DNA from: Octopus sinensis
Taxonomy: Eukaryota
Reading direction: 5' to 3'
Length of the DNA: 64,000 nucleotides
Assembly: GCF_006345805.1 (NCBI RefSeq)
Contig: NC_043000.1
Location: 139,934,001-139,998,000 of the forward strand
Of this stretch, positions 37,701 through 49,736 are shown piece by piece (positions within the stretch are counted from its first letter, which is position 1; every line of letters begins with the position of its first letter). Below the pieces are notes generated by a model. That model was not told where the DNA came from. It did no database searches and worked only from the letters and a program-made list of their open reading frames with translations. The translations under genes and the position numbers were made by a program.

Positions 37701-38099
37701 CCAAGATGTGGGTTGGACGATGAAACCGTTCAACACGCTTTTGTACAATGTCGGGAGCTGTCAGGCTTGATAAGTTACGTGGAACACGTGTTGTCGCATC
37801 TGGGACGAGTACAGCTGTCGGCTGGATCTATGATTAAGATGATACCGCCAACTGGACTCTCAAAGGAAGGTAAGGCTTGTTTTTACTGTACGGTGGCAGT
37901 ATTGAAAGAGTGTGTATGGAGAACTAGAGTGGAAGGTCTAGTGAAAGGGTCCTTTATCTCTGGCCCCGGTTTGTTAAAATACTTCGGATATCATCTGAAG
38001 AGCAAGATGGGGTTGGAGAAGAGGAGCCTGCCACAGAAAGAGTATATGGAACGTTGGAAGGATGTGATGAGAAAGGTGGGTGAGAGTAACCCAGCTTAA
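34710..38099 (+). CDS. LINE ORF2: APE endonuclease + reverse transcriptase + C-terminal Cys/His finger (L1/Tx1 type)
   Basis: NVRG, VYAP, GDFN, IDRV, TDH; SPGLDG, YRPITLLN, KAFDRV, RQGCPLSP, YADD; CPRC...ETVQHAFVQC; 1129 aa uninterrupted. Confidence 0.97.
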   Translation: MIKLGCINVRGMGSKWKQACFRDDLISHRIEVAIVTESKMKGPQAFSPLLNGYEKFISPSRGGGAGVAVLFRKNLDLQVSTVFLDPEGRLVVLDVTHVSKQSFRLVAVYAPNGRGQTGFYRELEHFLVTSKTVVLVGDFNTILDARVDGVGSSDRKGNPGLKALLASFNLVDRFRLDEPNVPQWTWSNNDGSLRSYIDRVFVKERDRNSVSCPQFSVVPYTDHKLVTCEVHVDKCHRQGPGYWKMNKSILTCEAFRTRIKELVQRALCGTIINNRWWLALKRAIRLESIRFSKQLSLDRTRIEGELVKNLDEAMESGCASGVLAARAVLYRHLNAKHEGCRVRAKLRAGKREGINVAGWARREESQKGKKSCIMSLTDEQDRKIYGQEEMQKVLHQHFARLFGGGGPLERGETLKDFLAGGPRLSAGEAECCEGSISPAEVRGVMAECAGEKSPGLDGLPYEFYCCMPDLFGDILASVYANWQQNGRIPSSVSRGVVTLVQKDPSKGDSISNYRPITLLNVEFKILAKVLAKRLTAVVKKLVGKAQTCAIPGRSIQDNLHLLRYTIDRVGKLDGKGGALVHLDQSKAFDRVDHRYLAAVLEAAGLGPGFCGWISAMYSGIKSTVQINGYLTEPFSIKRSVRQGCPLSPLLYVLALEPLLRKLEKLGGNPNEIGCGKSVSAYADDVTLIVSNGTQLPRVVGALHRYEAVAGAKVNRDKSIGLRLGTWRNKQIPSSVVGHWTDGPVKLLGVWFGPDSQTEKYWSEVTSKVDAIVRKWSGRHLSLKGRAEVAQMFIASVVTYRLTVVPCPDSWLNKLERLLFRFLWKGGKPLVRRSVCCQEPLKGGLGMPWLMMRKHALRLRHLWCYLEDDKVWSSLAEEFFPRPASMEGFTPGLIKGRKLTSWQKECRQALWLIHKMGKAGSGNTTSVFYKGLVGGKNDDVLGRALGFDEDQLSNLFKKTFRPGYLDNYQKSLTWQCYRNALPVREKLSRHGMSVPPTCPRCGLDDETVQHAFVQCRELSGLISYVEHVLSHLGRVQLSAGSMIKMIPPTGLSKEGKACFYCTVAVLKECVWRTRVEGLVKGSFISGPGLLKYFGYHLKSKMGLEKRSLPQKEYMERWKDVMRKVGESNPA

Positions 38100-38270
38100 T
38101 CATCGAGGAAAAGAAAAATCAGCTGCTGGGATTTATAGGCTGCCGGGTTCAAAATTGAAACTGGTACCTCCCATTACCTTTCACTGTACATAACTGTTTA
38201 AAATAAAGAATTAATAATAAAAAAAAAGAAATGAAAAGAAAACATACGCACTAAAAGTTCTCGTGATAAA

Positions 38271-38354
38271 GGCAAAAGTAAGCCAAGGTTTCGTTTCAAG
38301 GCAAAGTAAGCCAAGGTTTCGTTTCAAGGCAAAGTAAGCCAAGTTTTCGTTCAA
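38271..38354 (+). repeat. 28-bp tandem repeat x3 in LINE 3' UTR
   Basis: ggcaaagtaagccaaggtttcgtttcaa repeated three times. Confidence 0.9.
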
Positions 38355-38714
38355 GTGACATAAAATTTTAATTTTGTAATTTTTAAAATTTCATTCGAAC
38401 TCGCATAGCATTTTTGTAAGTGTTTTGTCCTGTAATGTATCCATTCTATGTTAGATCTATTGATCATAATAAAGAAAATTTCATCGCGACCTGGTGGTTA
38501 CCGCCCGTTGACGAGGGACAACAATCCCAAAACTAGTTCGAGCGTATCACTCAGGCTTGCGAGGAAGGGATGGCCTCCCTTTGCAAATACTCCAAGGACA
38601 CAGATATTGTGTGTAAAGCCAGCTAGAGACGAAGATCTCTTGGGGCTATAAAGCTACAGTAACACCTCCTCCCCAATGTAGTTAGCCATGATAAGATGGC
38701 TTCTATACTTTACC

Positions 38715-38817
<103 letters not shown>

Positions 38818-39884
38818 ATATATACATGAAACAAGAGAGTGTGTGCGTGCATGTAGCGAAAACGAAAATAAAAACAAAATCACCGGTAAAAGACAACATA
38901 GACACAACTAAAATACGTACAATACCATAAACAAAAACGAAAAATATTTTCGAAGGATGGTAAAATACCCTGACAACTCAGTTTATTAACAATAATATTT
39001 GAACTACAGTTTGCATTGGTAGAATGCCAGTTCCAAATTTTAGCACTAGCTCTTGCATCTAGACTTCGTTCTTTACCTACGCTATAAATCTTATATCAGT
39101 TTCCTACTTGCAAGATAATCTATGGTTTTGAGTCTTATGTGAGCCGTAGACTAACTGTAGTAATTGGTTTCCTCATTTTCATATCTAGTATTACTAATGC
39201 AGTTAATTTCAAGTTAAGAAAATCATGATTTACTTATTACTGCCAGAATAAATGTTTCAACAAGATTAATTGATAAATATATAGACTATTTGCATGTAGC
39301 ACTTAATTTAGGATCACTTAAGATTTCAGCATTTATATAATATTCTTGTTAATATTTCTTCTTATCTTTGTGTATGTTATCCTTGTTCTAAATTTCTGGT
39401 TCCTGTTAATTATTTGGAAATCTGTGTTTGTTCTAATTCTTTTAGCTCTATCTTGTTTTTTTAACTTACATGACACTATTATTCTTTTTAAGTTCATTTT
39501 CTTCGAGGTAATCTCAATACACACTTTTAAACCAAATATTATACCAATTTTTCTGACAATTCCTGCAAATTAATTTTTGTCCGTTCTAATTGTACAGCAA
39601 AAAGTTTTGCGTGTAGCAGATATAGGCCCTGTATTTCCACTTAGTATGCATTAACACGCTGCTTAAAACTCTCTGAGCCATACAGAAAAGAAAAGGTGTA
39701 GATGTCGCATTAGAATACCTATTTTTTGGTAAGGACAGCTTTTGCTTCAACAATTCATTTTCTCTTTTAAACCGTACAACTCTTTCCCAGCTACATACCG
39801 TACGTTTTGTAGGACAATAGGAGAAGGAAATTAGAGAAAAATTAAGTGAGGTGCTTGAAGCAAAATGTAAATGGAGGAAATATT

Positions 39885-40856
39885 CTTTTCTAATCTAGAC
39901 ACAAGGCCTGAAATTTTTGTGAGAAGGAGGCCAATCGATTATATCGACTCTAGTACGCAACTGGTACTTAATTTATCGACCCCAAAAGGATGAAAGGTAA
40001 AGTCGACCTCGGTGGAATTTGAACTCAGAACATAAAAACAGATGAAATGCTTATTTCTTTACAACTCACAAGGGGCTAAACGCAGAGAGGACAAACAAGG
40101 ACAGATAAACGGACTAAGTCGATTATATCGACCCCAGTGCGTAACTGGTACTTATTTAATCGACCCCGAAAGGATGAAAGGCAAAGTCGACCCCGGCGGA
40201 ATTTGAAATCAGAACGTAACGGCAGACGAAATACCGCAAAGCATTTCGCCCGGCGTGCTAATGTTTCTTATTTCTTTGTTGCCACAAGGGGCTAAACATA
40301 GAGGGGATAAACAAGGACAGACAAAGGGATTAAATCGATTACATCGACCTCAGTGCATAACTGGTACTTAATTTATCGACTCCAAAAGGATGAAAGGTAA
40401 AGTCGACCTCGGTGGAATTTGAACTCAGAACGTAAAGACAGATGAAATGCTTATTTCTTTACAACCCACAAGGGGCTAAACGCAGAGAGGACAAACAAGG
40501 ACTAAGTCGATTATATCGACCCCAGTGCGTAACTGGTACTTATTTAATCGACCCCTAAAGGATGAAAGGCAAAGTCGACCTCGGCGGAATTTGAACTCAG
40601 AACGTAACGGCAGACGAAATACCGCAAAGCATTTCGCCCGGCGTGCTAATGTTTCTTATTTCTTTGTTGCCACAAGGGGCTAAACATAGAGGGGATAAAC
40701 AAGGACAGACAAAGGGATTAAATCGAATACATCGACCCTAGTGCATAACTGGTGCTTAATTTATCGACCTCGAAAGGATGAAAGGCAAAGTTGACCTCGG
40801 CGGAATTTGAACTCAGAACGTAAAGGCGTGCTAACGTTTCTGCCAGCTTGCCGCCT
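39885..40856 (-). mobile_element. Five-unit tandem array of SINE family B with one target-site duplication
   Basis: Unit junctions near 40050, 40268, 40450 and 40655; TAAATRGAGGAAATATT at 39868-39884 and 40857-40873. Confidence 0.9.
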
Positions 40857-40929
40857 TAAATAGAGGAAATATTATCAAAGCAATTAATACTTGAGCCATG
40901 CCAACATTAAGATACTCATCTCTTTTACT

Positions 40930-42310
40930 AAAATGGGCCGAGAGACAGGAATTAGATAAAAAAAAAATGGGAAGGTGCTCACAATACAGAACACGCACCA
41001 CCCCAAACGTAATATCTACAGGCTCTTCCTACAAAAAAAAAAGGAATGAAGCGGGGTATAGCTAAACACAGAAGACACCTTTAGTACTGTGATACATGAT
41101 TTTAAAAACTGTCTTGTATGTAGATAAAAAAAAAATTGTCGGTGGCTTGGAATACCCAAAATATTACTGAAACAGTAGGGAGATTCAGAAACAAAAGGAA
41201 GAACGACATATAATGCTGTAAGTAACGAACGTTGGTTGTGACTGATGGGTAGAAACCTGAAACGAGATGCTGAATCGCTACTTATTCCCGCTCAGAAACA
41301 AGCTATTAGGAGAAATTTCATAAAAGCAAAACTTGATAGAACCGAGTCAGAGATCAAACACAGAATCTGTGAGATAGTAGGCAAAAGTATTCAATGGCTT
41401 TTGAGTGAATGTAGTATGCTAGCAGAGAGTATAGGCGCAGGTGTAACTGTGTAAGTAAAAGAATGCATTAAGTTTCTAGTTGTGAGTGTGGATTCAAAAT
41501 AGCAGTAGAGTGGTATGAACACGCACCAAAGGTTGTGACAAAATAATAATTAGAAGAAAGCAAAAAGACCAGATATGATTGTGGAAGAGAGAAAAAAAGG
41601 AGGGTATGGTAATAGATTTTGCAATAGCATATGATAATGGATGGAAGCACTCCGTCGGTGTACGACGACGAGGGTTCCGGTTGATCCGATTCAACGGAAC
41701 AGCCTGCTCGTGAAATTAACGGGTAAGTGGCTGAGCACTCCACAGACACGTGTGCCCTTAACGTAGTTCTCGGGGATATTCAGCGTGACACAGAGAGTGA
41801 CAAGGCCGGCCCTTTGAAATACAGGTACAACAGAAACAGGAAGTAAGAGTGAGAGAAAGTTGTGGTGAAAGAGTACAGCAGGGATCACCACCATCCCTGC
41901 CGGAGCATCGTGGAGCTTTAGGTGTTTTCGCTCAATAAACACTCACAACGCCCGGTCTGGGAGTCGAAACCGCGATCCTACGACCACGAGTCCGCTGCCC
42001 TAACCACTGGGCCATTGCGCCTCCGATATGATAATAGAATGGATACGAAAGGAAAACAAATTGATGAAATGAACAATCACAGAGCTAGCAAGACAGATAT
42101 GAAGATTGTGGAAGACTGAGTGACAATGATTTCTTTGGTAATTTATGTACTGTACATAAAACATACAAATCGATGCCTAAGAAAACTATTGAAACGTGCA
42201 GCGCTGTATTGCCTGTATTCTGTAAGAATCCTAAGACGACTCATTGAGATTTGAGGAACTTGTTGACATCAAACTTCAAGACAACAACCCTGCTAATTAG
42301 AATATAGCAT
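40930..42310 (+). mobile_element. R4/Dong-type LINE remnant interrupted by SINE C
   Basis: LKRDAESLLIPAQKQAIRRNFIKAK...LLSECSML, then VIDFAIAY before the SINE. Confidence 0.7.
41640..42024 (-). mobile_element. SINE family C, full length
   Basis: tRNA-like head ggaggcgcaatggcccagtggttagggcagcggactc; ATATGATAAT on both sides. Confidence 0.9.
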
Positions 42311-42498
42311 GTAATTGTTATAATAATAATGATAATAGTTTTAAGTTTTTGGAACAAGGCCAGAAATTTCGGGGAAAGGAGCAAGTTGATTACCAGTGCT
42401 CAGCTGGTATTTATTATATCGACCCGCGAAGGACGAAAACCAAAGTCGACCTCGGCGGAATTTAAACACGATTTTGCCAGCTCACCACCTTAGTTGCA

Positions 42499-42533
<35 letters not shown>

Positions 42534-42567
42534 AATACTGATAATAATAATAATAATAATAATAATA

Positions 42568-42698
42568 GTCGCGCACATATGGTTGTGATGCATGTGCCTG
42601 GTGTACCTTTATCAGACGGGTAGTCATGATGGGTATATTGGGCTTCGTATATTTTACCCCAGTGTCACTTTGATGGCATGCACTGCTCTCTCACTCAA
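42568..42698 (+). mobile_element. 3' fragment of the 560-bp (TAA)n-resident element
   Basis: Matches the 3' end of 13494-14060; (TAA)n on both sides. Confidence 0.85.
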
Positions 42699-42809
42699 TA
42701 ATAATAATAATAATAATAAGAAGAAGAAGAAGAACAACAACAACAACAAGAACAACAACAACAACAACAACAACAGCAGCAGCAACAACAACAACAATTA
42801 CAACGACCT

Positions 42810-43760
42810 GAAACCACTGCCACGAAAACGGCAAAACGGATCAAACTGACTGCAAAAAAGAACGAGCAGAAACAAACTGAGGAGCGGGGGAGCCAGAAGC
42901 TTCTGCATGGACAGTATATACCTCAAAGCCGAAATGCCGACTTAGACCAAGCAGCAACCCATCAGTGGCTGAGGAACTCAGGACTGAAAGCAGAGACTGA
43001 AGATTTCATGTCGGTTGCACAAAATCAAAGCAGGCTTACCAAAAACTATCTTCAAAAGAGTTCTGACCCTGAATATAAATTCTGCGATACATTTGACGAA
43101 GCAATAGACCATCTCATCTCGGGATGTTCTGTACTGACACCAAAAGAATCCAAAAATCGCCCCGATAGTGTAGGATAATATTTCATTGGAAAATATGAAA
43201 ACACTACAAAATCAGCACTTCTGCTTACTGGAATTGGCATTATTCTGAGCCAGTCGTTGAAGGTAAATATGTCACTATCCTCTCAGATTTTCCGGTCAAC
43301 GCCGACAGAGTGATCTAGGCTAATCGACCAAACGTAGTCATTAAAGACAGGGAAGAAAATAACAATAGAGTGATAGATGTAAGTGTTCCCACTTATAAAA
43401 ATATATCTGTAAAGGAATTTGACAAATTAAGTAAATATAAGGACCTGAAAATTGAAATACAAAAGATGTGGTATCTTAAAGCGAGAGCTGTTCCTCTTAT
43501 GTGGATGCCCTTGGTATGATAGGAAAGGGATATCAGAAACGTCTAGATAATATCCCAGGAGAACCATAGAACTCCAAAAGATTGTGCTGATATCCTTAGA
43601 AAAACCCTATCTACTTAAATATCTGTGTTGTATTATATGAAAATATTTCCCTACTGCCCTTGCTACTTGCCTTCCCCCCAAGCTTTCAGTTATACTGTAA
43701 CATTTCTTATCGCCCTAGGACTTTGGGTATGTTTCGGTGAATGATTGTAACAAACATGCA
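42810..43760 (+). mobile_element. R4/Dong-type LINE 3' fragment
   Basis: LHGQY, HQWLRNSGLKAETE, IDHLISGC and VIDVSVP...KLSKYKDLKIEIQKMW, with stops. Confidence 0.85.
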
Positions 43761-44049
43761 GATTAAAAATAAATAAATAATAACAACAGCAGCAAAAATG
43801 GTTTCAAATTTTGGCACAAGGCCAGCAACTTCAGGGGAGATGGGTAGTCGATAACATCGACCTCAGTGTTCAACTGGTACACATATTGACCCCGAAAAGA
43901 TGAAAGGCAAAGTTGACCTTGGGGAAATTAGAACTTAGAATATGAAGACGGACAAAGTGTCACTAAGCATTTTGCCCAGAAAACTAATGATTATGCCAGC
44001 TCCTCTCCTTCGTGATGATGATGATTACGATGATGATGATGATGGTGAC

Positions 44050-44092
<43 letters not shown>

Positions 44093-44744
44093 GAGCTATG
44101 TGGTTGAGAAATATTAATTATATGCCTATGTTACTTTTAATAAACCAAAATATTTTAAAATTGTAAAATAAATAGAAAAATGTTAAACATTCCAATATTT
44201 ATATGTTTTCATGAAAATAGGAATATAATGTATTTTTAATGATGATAATCAAATTACAAAATATCTTAATTTAGAGCAATTTCTCCACATTTGAATGTCA
44301 TCCTTGACTTACTTTCTATTCAATTCATGTATCTTGCTTGCAGTTTTTAAGAACACACCTACAGGTAAACCTTTTTGCAATGTCTGTGTACTGAATATAA
44401 ATTTTATGTATAATTTTATCGATTACATACACTGGTTTTAAGTTAGTTATAAAATATATGCTAAGTCCCTGCGTTTCTTCATTTGTTGCCTAAGATAACA
44501 TTTTCATACTTTATATACTAAAAAAAATTACAGGTCACTAATAATTACTATTTTAACAGGTAAATCAGAATTTCAGAAATACTGATTAGCAGAAAGAGAT
44601 AAATTATTTTAAAATCTATTTTTATCTAGCTATTTATTTCTGCATATGTGTGGAATAGTATGTGCATATTACTTTATCGATGTTAATATTAATCATTTGA
44701 TTTTTTGCAAATATTGGACTTGATTGTATGTATATATATATATG

Positions 44745-45080
44745 CTGAGACCTCCTTTGGTCATGACTGACCATGGGATTGCACCTAGAAAGTTAACCTC
44801 CCAGGCATAAGTCCGGCAAGGTTGTTTATGGAAGACCAGCAGTCGCCCATGCATACTGGCCTCTCTTCTCCACGCCACCAGTGTTATCCAAGGGAAAGGC
44901 GAAGGCCGATATATAACTTGGCACCTGTGACATCACAACTCATTTCTACAGCTGAGCGAACTGGAGCAACGTGAAATAAAGTGTCTTGCTCAAGAACACA
45001 ACACAGAGCCCGGCCCAGGATTCGAAGTCACAACCTCACGATCGTAAGCCTGAGGCTCTAATCACTGAGCAATGCACCTT
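44745..45080 (-). mobile_element. tRNA-derived SINE family D
   Basis: tRNA-like head, then gtgttcttgagcaagacactttatttcacgttgctccag; shared with 60900-61146. Confidence 0.8.
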
Positions 45081-45095
45081 CACACACACACACAT

Positions 45096-45327
45096 ATAAT
45101 AACAAGATAATATATAAACATATGCATATATACATACATATATGTATATACCTGAAGAAGGGGGATATTCCTTGTGTTGTATGTCTTGTACTCTGTTTTT
45201 TCGTTGTTTGAAAAAAAAATCCGTTTCCATATTTTTGTTTTTATGTTTTCTTTTCTCATTGTGTTCAACGTTTTTTTTTGTGTCCTGTACCCATATATGC
45301 ATGTATATATACATATAGATGTAGGTA

Positions 45328-45370
<43 letters not shown>

Positions 45371-45440
45371 GCATATATTTATATATTATTTTGTTATTAT
45401 ATGATCGAACGCCACGCATCCATTTCCAAGTAAGTTTTAT
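45096..45440 (+). mobile_element. Repeat family F copy with inverted 5' segment
   Basis: 45151 onward homologous to 30934 onward (CTGAAGA-AGGGG); 45096-45153 is an inverted copy of ~45322-45400. Confidence 0.7.
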
Positions 45441-45468
45441 CTATCTATCTATCTCTCTCTCTTTATAT

Positions 45469-45502
<34 letters not shown>

Positions 45503-46519
45503 GACACATATAGCAACTAACACAGACAAAGATAAAATAATTTAAACATTGTATTAATAAGATTTATATTTCTCCATTTTTCTAATTGGTGTCTTTGTGT
45601 TTGTCACTCCCACGTCGCCTGACAATATCTCTTGATTTGCTCACTGTCTTGTAAATTAGCAGTTCGGCAAAAGACTACAGATACAATATGACTTTAAAAA
45701 TAAAAACATATTTAATGGGATCGATTTTTTGGGGCAGCAAGCTTGACCGCAGACCAATGGCTGAAACGAACAAACAATGAAAAGGATATGTTAATGTTTA
45801 CAAGTGGGAAACGAAATATTGTTAATGTCAGATGGAACATGACAAATGTTGTAAAACATAGGGAAAAAACAAACATTTAAGAATTATAAAAGATATTTAA
45901 TTATTTTGCAACTAATGCAGCACCACTTCTTTAGTAAACAATACTTTGTTCTCGCTTTACTGTTTCAAGTAAATCAAGTTTACTTTCATTCGCTCTCTCC
46001 TCAAAGTTACTATGTAATTTTTCACAATTGACCTATGTATGTATGATGTATGTATAGACAATTATATGGGAGCAGGTTTTGATCCCTCAATTCTAATTGT
46101 TTTAAAGGCATTGTAGGAAGTGTTTTCTTTTAACTAAGAAATAAAGCTCCTTGTTTTTAATACAGCAAGTCCTTAACAGATGCTATCTCGGGAAAATACG
46201 GTACTAAGTGACCTATCAATGGTGTGTATGCATTAAGCATATACATAGATTTCTGTTTCAATTAAAGCTGCCCCAGTTGCATGTATTGGGCTGCTATTCA
46301 AAATATCTGCAAATGTTTTATTCCTTTTTTTCAATGTTAGATACAGTGAATTCTCACATGAACATGTCATTGGTTGCAAATACGTTATTGAATAGATCCA
46401 AAAAAGCTAAAATGATTTTGATACTCCCATTGGCTGCTGCAGGGATGGATTTTCAGTTCTTGATGATATTTTTCACTTTTTAATACTGCAAATTCTTAAA
46501 ATGAGTTATTTCTGGACAA

Positions 46520-46903
46520 GTATTCTTTTCTACTCTTGGCACACGACCCGAAATTTTTTGAGATGAGATCGACCCCAACTGGTACTTAATCTATCGACCC
46601 CCAAAAAGACTGAAAGGCAAAGACGACCTCGGTGGAATTTGAACTCAGAACATAAAGACAGACAAAATACTTATTTCTTTACTACCCACAAGGGGCTAAA
46701 CACAGAGAGGACAAACAAGGACAGACAAACGGATTAAGTCGATTATATCGACCCCAGTGCGTAACTGGTACTTATTTAATCGACCCCGAAGGGATGAAAG
46801 GGAAAGTCGACCTCGGCGGAATTTGAACTCAGAACGTAACGGCAGACGAAATACTGCTAAGCATTTCGCCCGGCGTGCTAACGTTTCTGCCAGCTCGCCG
46901 CCA
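46520..46903 (-). mobile_element. Dimeric SINE family B with 13-bp TSD
   Basis: Two units joined at ~46670; TATTTCTGGACAA at 46507-46519 and 46904-46916. Confidence 0.9.
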
Positions 46904-48689
46904 TATTTCTGGACAAATTTTGCAGTAACTGTCCTATTGACGGTGTGTATATGAATAAGTATGAAACACGGTTATTTTAATAAGAATACATTGAAATTTT
47001 GAGATGCCTTGCTTATTTTCCTCGTTTCATTTATTGATGGCAGTAGATTTATTATTTAATGTTTACCCTAGTATTTATGTCAACTTTACTCGGTATTTAA
47101 GTCAACTTTACTCAACCAGATCTTTAACAACTATTTTCTTTTAAAATTATATTTGTAAGCGAAATTGTTGCGTTTTTATTCAGTAATTTAGTATTATTCA
47201 GACTAATTACAGGCAACATTTGTGTGTGTGTGTGTGTTTGATTGTTTGTTTGTGTGTGTGTGCATGCATGTGTCTGTGTGCGTGCGCGTGTGTGTGTATT
47301 TTTGTATATATAAATATGCATGTAAATGATTTACAAAAGATTATTATCCCACTAATTGATATATCTGAAATCAATACTTAATGAGAAAAGAAATTTGAAA
47401 TGTCTTTTGTAAGATTCGTTCTTATTCTTTGTAGTAAAATTTCAATTAAAAAAAAAAAAACGAGGAATTAAACCATTATTCATTTAACAGAATTGAAGTA
47501 GGAATTTATTGTATTAGTTATTATACTTATTTTTCTGCCCTATTATGTCAGAGGCTAGATTTATTAATCTTCATTGCAGGAAAATATATTTTCAATCAAA
47601 CTATCCTTCCACTATCATTATGACTCTAGACACTTGAAATAATAAAAGAAAATAACTAAATAAATAGCATATAAAAAGAAAGACGGTTAGATAAATGGAA
47701 CATATCTATTAATATATGCAAGTAATGGTGAAAAGACAATAGAGTTTTAATTACCGAGAAAGTTCCACATTATCAAAGGAATAATTGAAATAGTCTTAAC
47801 CATATTCTAATGACACGTACATGGATAAATGCAAATTTTTGAAGAGACTTTTAGCAACTTATACTTTTTTGATAGTTTGATACACATTGTTTGATAGGTA
47901 TCTATTTTCGTTGTTGCTATTGATATGATTGTTACAATTGTTATAAATTTAATACTAGATTGATATTAATTCAATTTAATTTATTTCCTATTCAGTATTC
48001 TTCTTCTTGAAAAAGACTAAATGAGATGAAACCGTTTTAAGTATTGAAGTTGCAATAGATACTGATAATCACATTTCATATTTTTTTATCTTACTCTCAG
48101 CTATTTTAAATATATTCCCTTGGCTAAACCAACAATGTAACTCAAATATGCATTTTAGCTTTAAACCCAGGACTTAAACTTATGCACCTTTTTGCATTAA
48201 CAATAATCTACAACTAAAGAAACTTCCTCCTTTTGAAAATTCTTCAGAAATTAATGTCTTTGAAAAAGTGTAATATATTTATATGATGGTAGATTCTATG
48301 TAGTCTCTTCACCTATTCACTCTAGTAGCCTAATATCTCTTAGCCATCCCTCTTAGGTCAACAAGGTAGAACTAGAATTTATTTTCAGTCACTAAACTCC
48401 TAGCAGTGGAAGTGATTTTCCAGTGTTATCATTTTAAGAGTGTTAATCAGCGAATTATGTTTACAGAAAATATATCTTTAAGTCATTCCAGTGTTTTTGC
48501 AGTTGTAAGTGGTCTATAAGTTCGCTGACTAAGTCTAACAGCACACAAAATTTCCCAGAGTTGTGTCAGATCAGACTCACACAGTTCCCTTGCATATCTA
48601 ATTTTTGTTTGAGTGAGATTTCAGGAACTTCGTCTCTTACCTCACCTGGGATAAAAGTTTTGCTAATGCTTATAACTTCTTTCTCACTG

Positions 48690-48878
48690 ATGGTGGCATG
48701 TAAAAAGCACCCACTTCACTCTTGGAGTGGTTGGCATTAGGAAGGGCATCCAGTTATAGAAACTTTGCCAGATCAGATTGGAGCCCGGTGCAGCTTCCTG
48801 GCTTGCAAGTCCTCAGTCGAATCATCCAACCCATGCCAGCATGTAAAGCAGACGTTAAATGACGACGATGATGATGAT
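48690..48878 (+). mobile_element. LINE 3' tail fragment (RTE-like)
   Basis: gttggcattaggaagggcatccag...gacgttaaatgacgac(GAT)n; a decayed relative lies near 62410-62505. Clade is an inference. Confidence 0.55.
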
Positions 48879-49334
48879 ATATTTCTAATATTGGTTCTTC
48901 ATATTTTTCTGGTAACTTACTGGTGTAAAATTGCGAATATGAAAATAACACTTGTATATGGTGTCTTGTGAATTTATGGAAAGAAGTCCCATAAAACTCA
49001 ACAATTTTGATAAAAATCGAGAAGAAAAGATGTTAGAATATATAAGAGAATTTTAATTCATGCAGGTGATTGTTTCGTATGGCGATATAAAAATAATGCA
49101 AATTCATGTTTGAATTGAATTAAATATATCTTTCTCTTCTTCCCTTCCAACTTCCATCTTCCATCTGAAGAAGGGCAAATGCTTAAAAGGGGAAATTATT
49201 CACTCTGCATGGCACTCAAGTCTTAGAACTCTTAATCTCTTCTTAAGAAGTAACTTTTTTAACTTGACATGAATTACATGATGTAACTGACATTATAAAT
49301 TGAAAATAAAATATCTTGTCATTACTAGCAATTA

Positions 49335-49736
49335 GGCACAGGCGTGGCTGTGTGATAAGTAGCTTGCTTACGAACCACTTGGTTCTGGGTTCAGTCCCAC
49401 TGCATGTTAACTTGGGCAAGTGTCTTCTACTATAGCCTCAGGCCAACCAAAGCCTTGTAAATGGATTTGGTAGATGGAAACTGAAAGAAGCCCGTCGTAT
49501 ATATGTATATATATGTATGTGTGTGTATATGTTTGTGCATCTGTGTTTGTCCCCCTAATATCTCTTGACAACCGATGGTAGTGTGTTTACGTCCCTGTAA
49601 TTTAGCGGTTCGGCAAAAGAGACCGATAGAATAAGTACTAGGCTTACAAAGAATAAGTCCTGGGGTCGATTTGCTCGACTAAAGGTGATGCTCTAGCATG
49701 GCCACAGTCAAATGACTGAATCAAGTAAAAGAGTAA
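49335..49736 (+). mobile_element. SINE family A
   Basis: Full-length homology to 12320-12728. Confidence 0.92.

Larger units (their letters stand above)
32639..38713 (+). mobile_element. L1/Tx1-type non-LTR retrotransposon, near full length, bracketed by ~148-bp direct repeats
   Basis: ORF1 with CCHC knuckle, intact ORF2, 3' UTR ending at (TA)n; 32639-32786 repeats 38565-38713. Confidence 0.92.

Noticed and set aside
38271-38354. Short regular repeats as a CRISPR-like array
   Set aside because: No spacers; simple tandem repeat in a eukaryotic LINE UTR.
32639-38713. Calling the element an LTR retrotransposon
   Set aside because: It encodes APE plus a non-LTR RT, with no integrase, protease, TG...CA ends or primer-binding site.
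49160-49195. CTGAAGA-A-GGGC-aaat-GCTT hammerhead-like half
   Set aside because: No GAAA or stem III follows.
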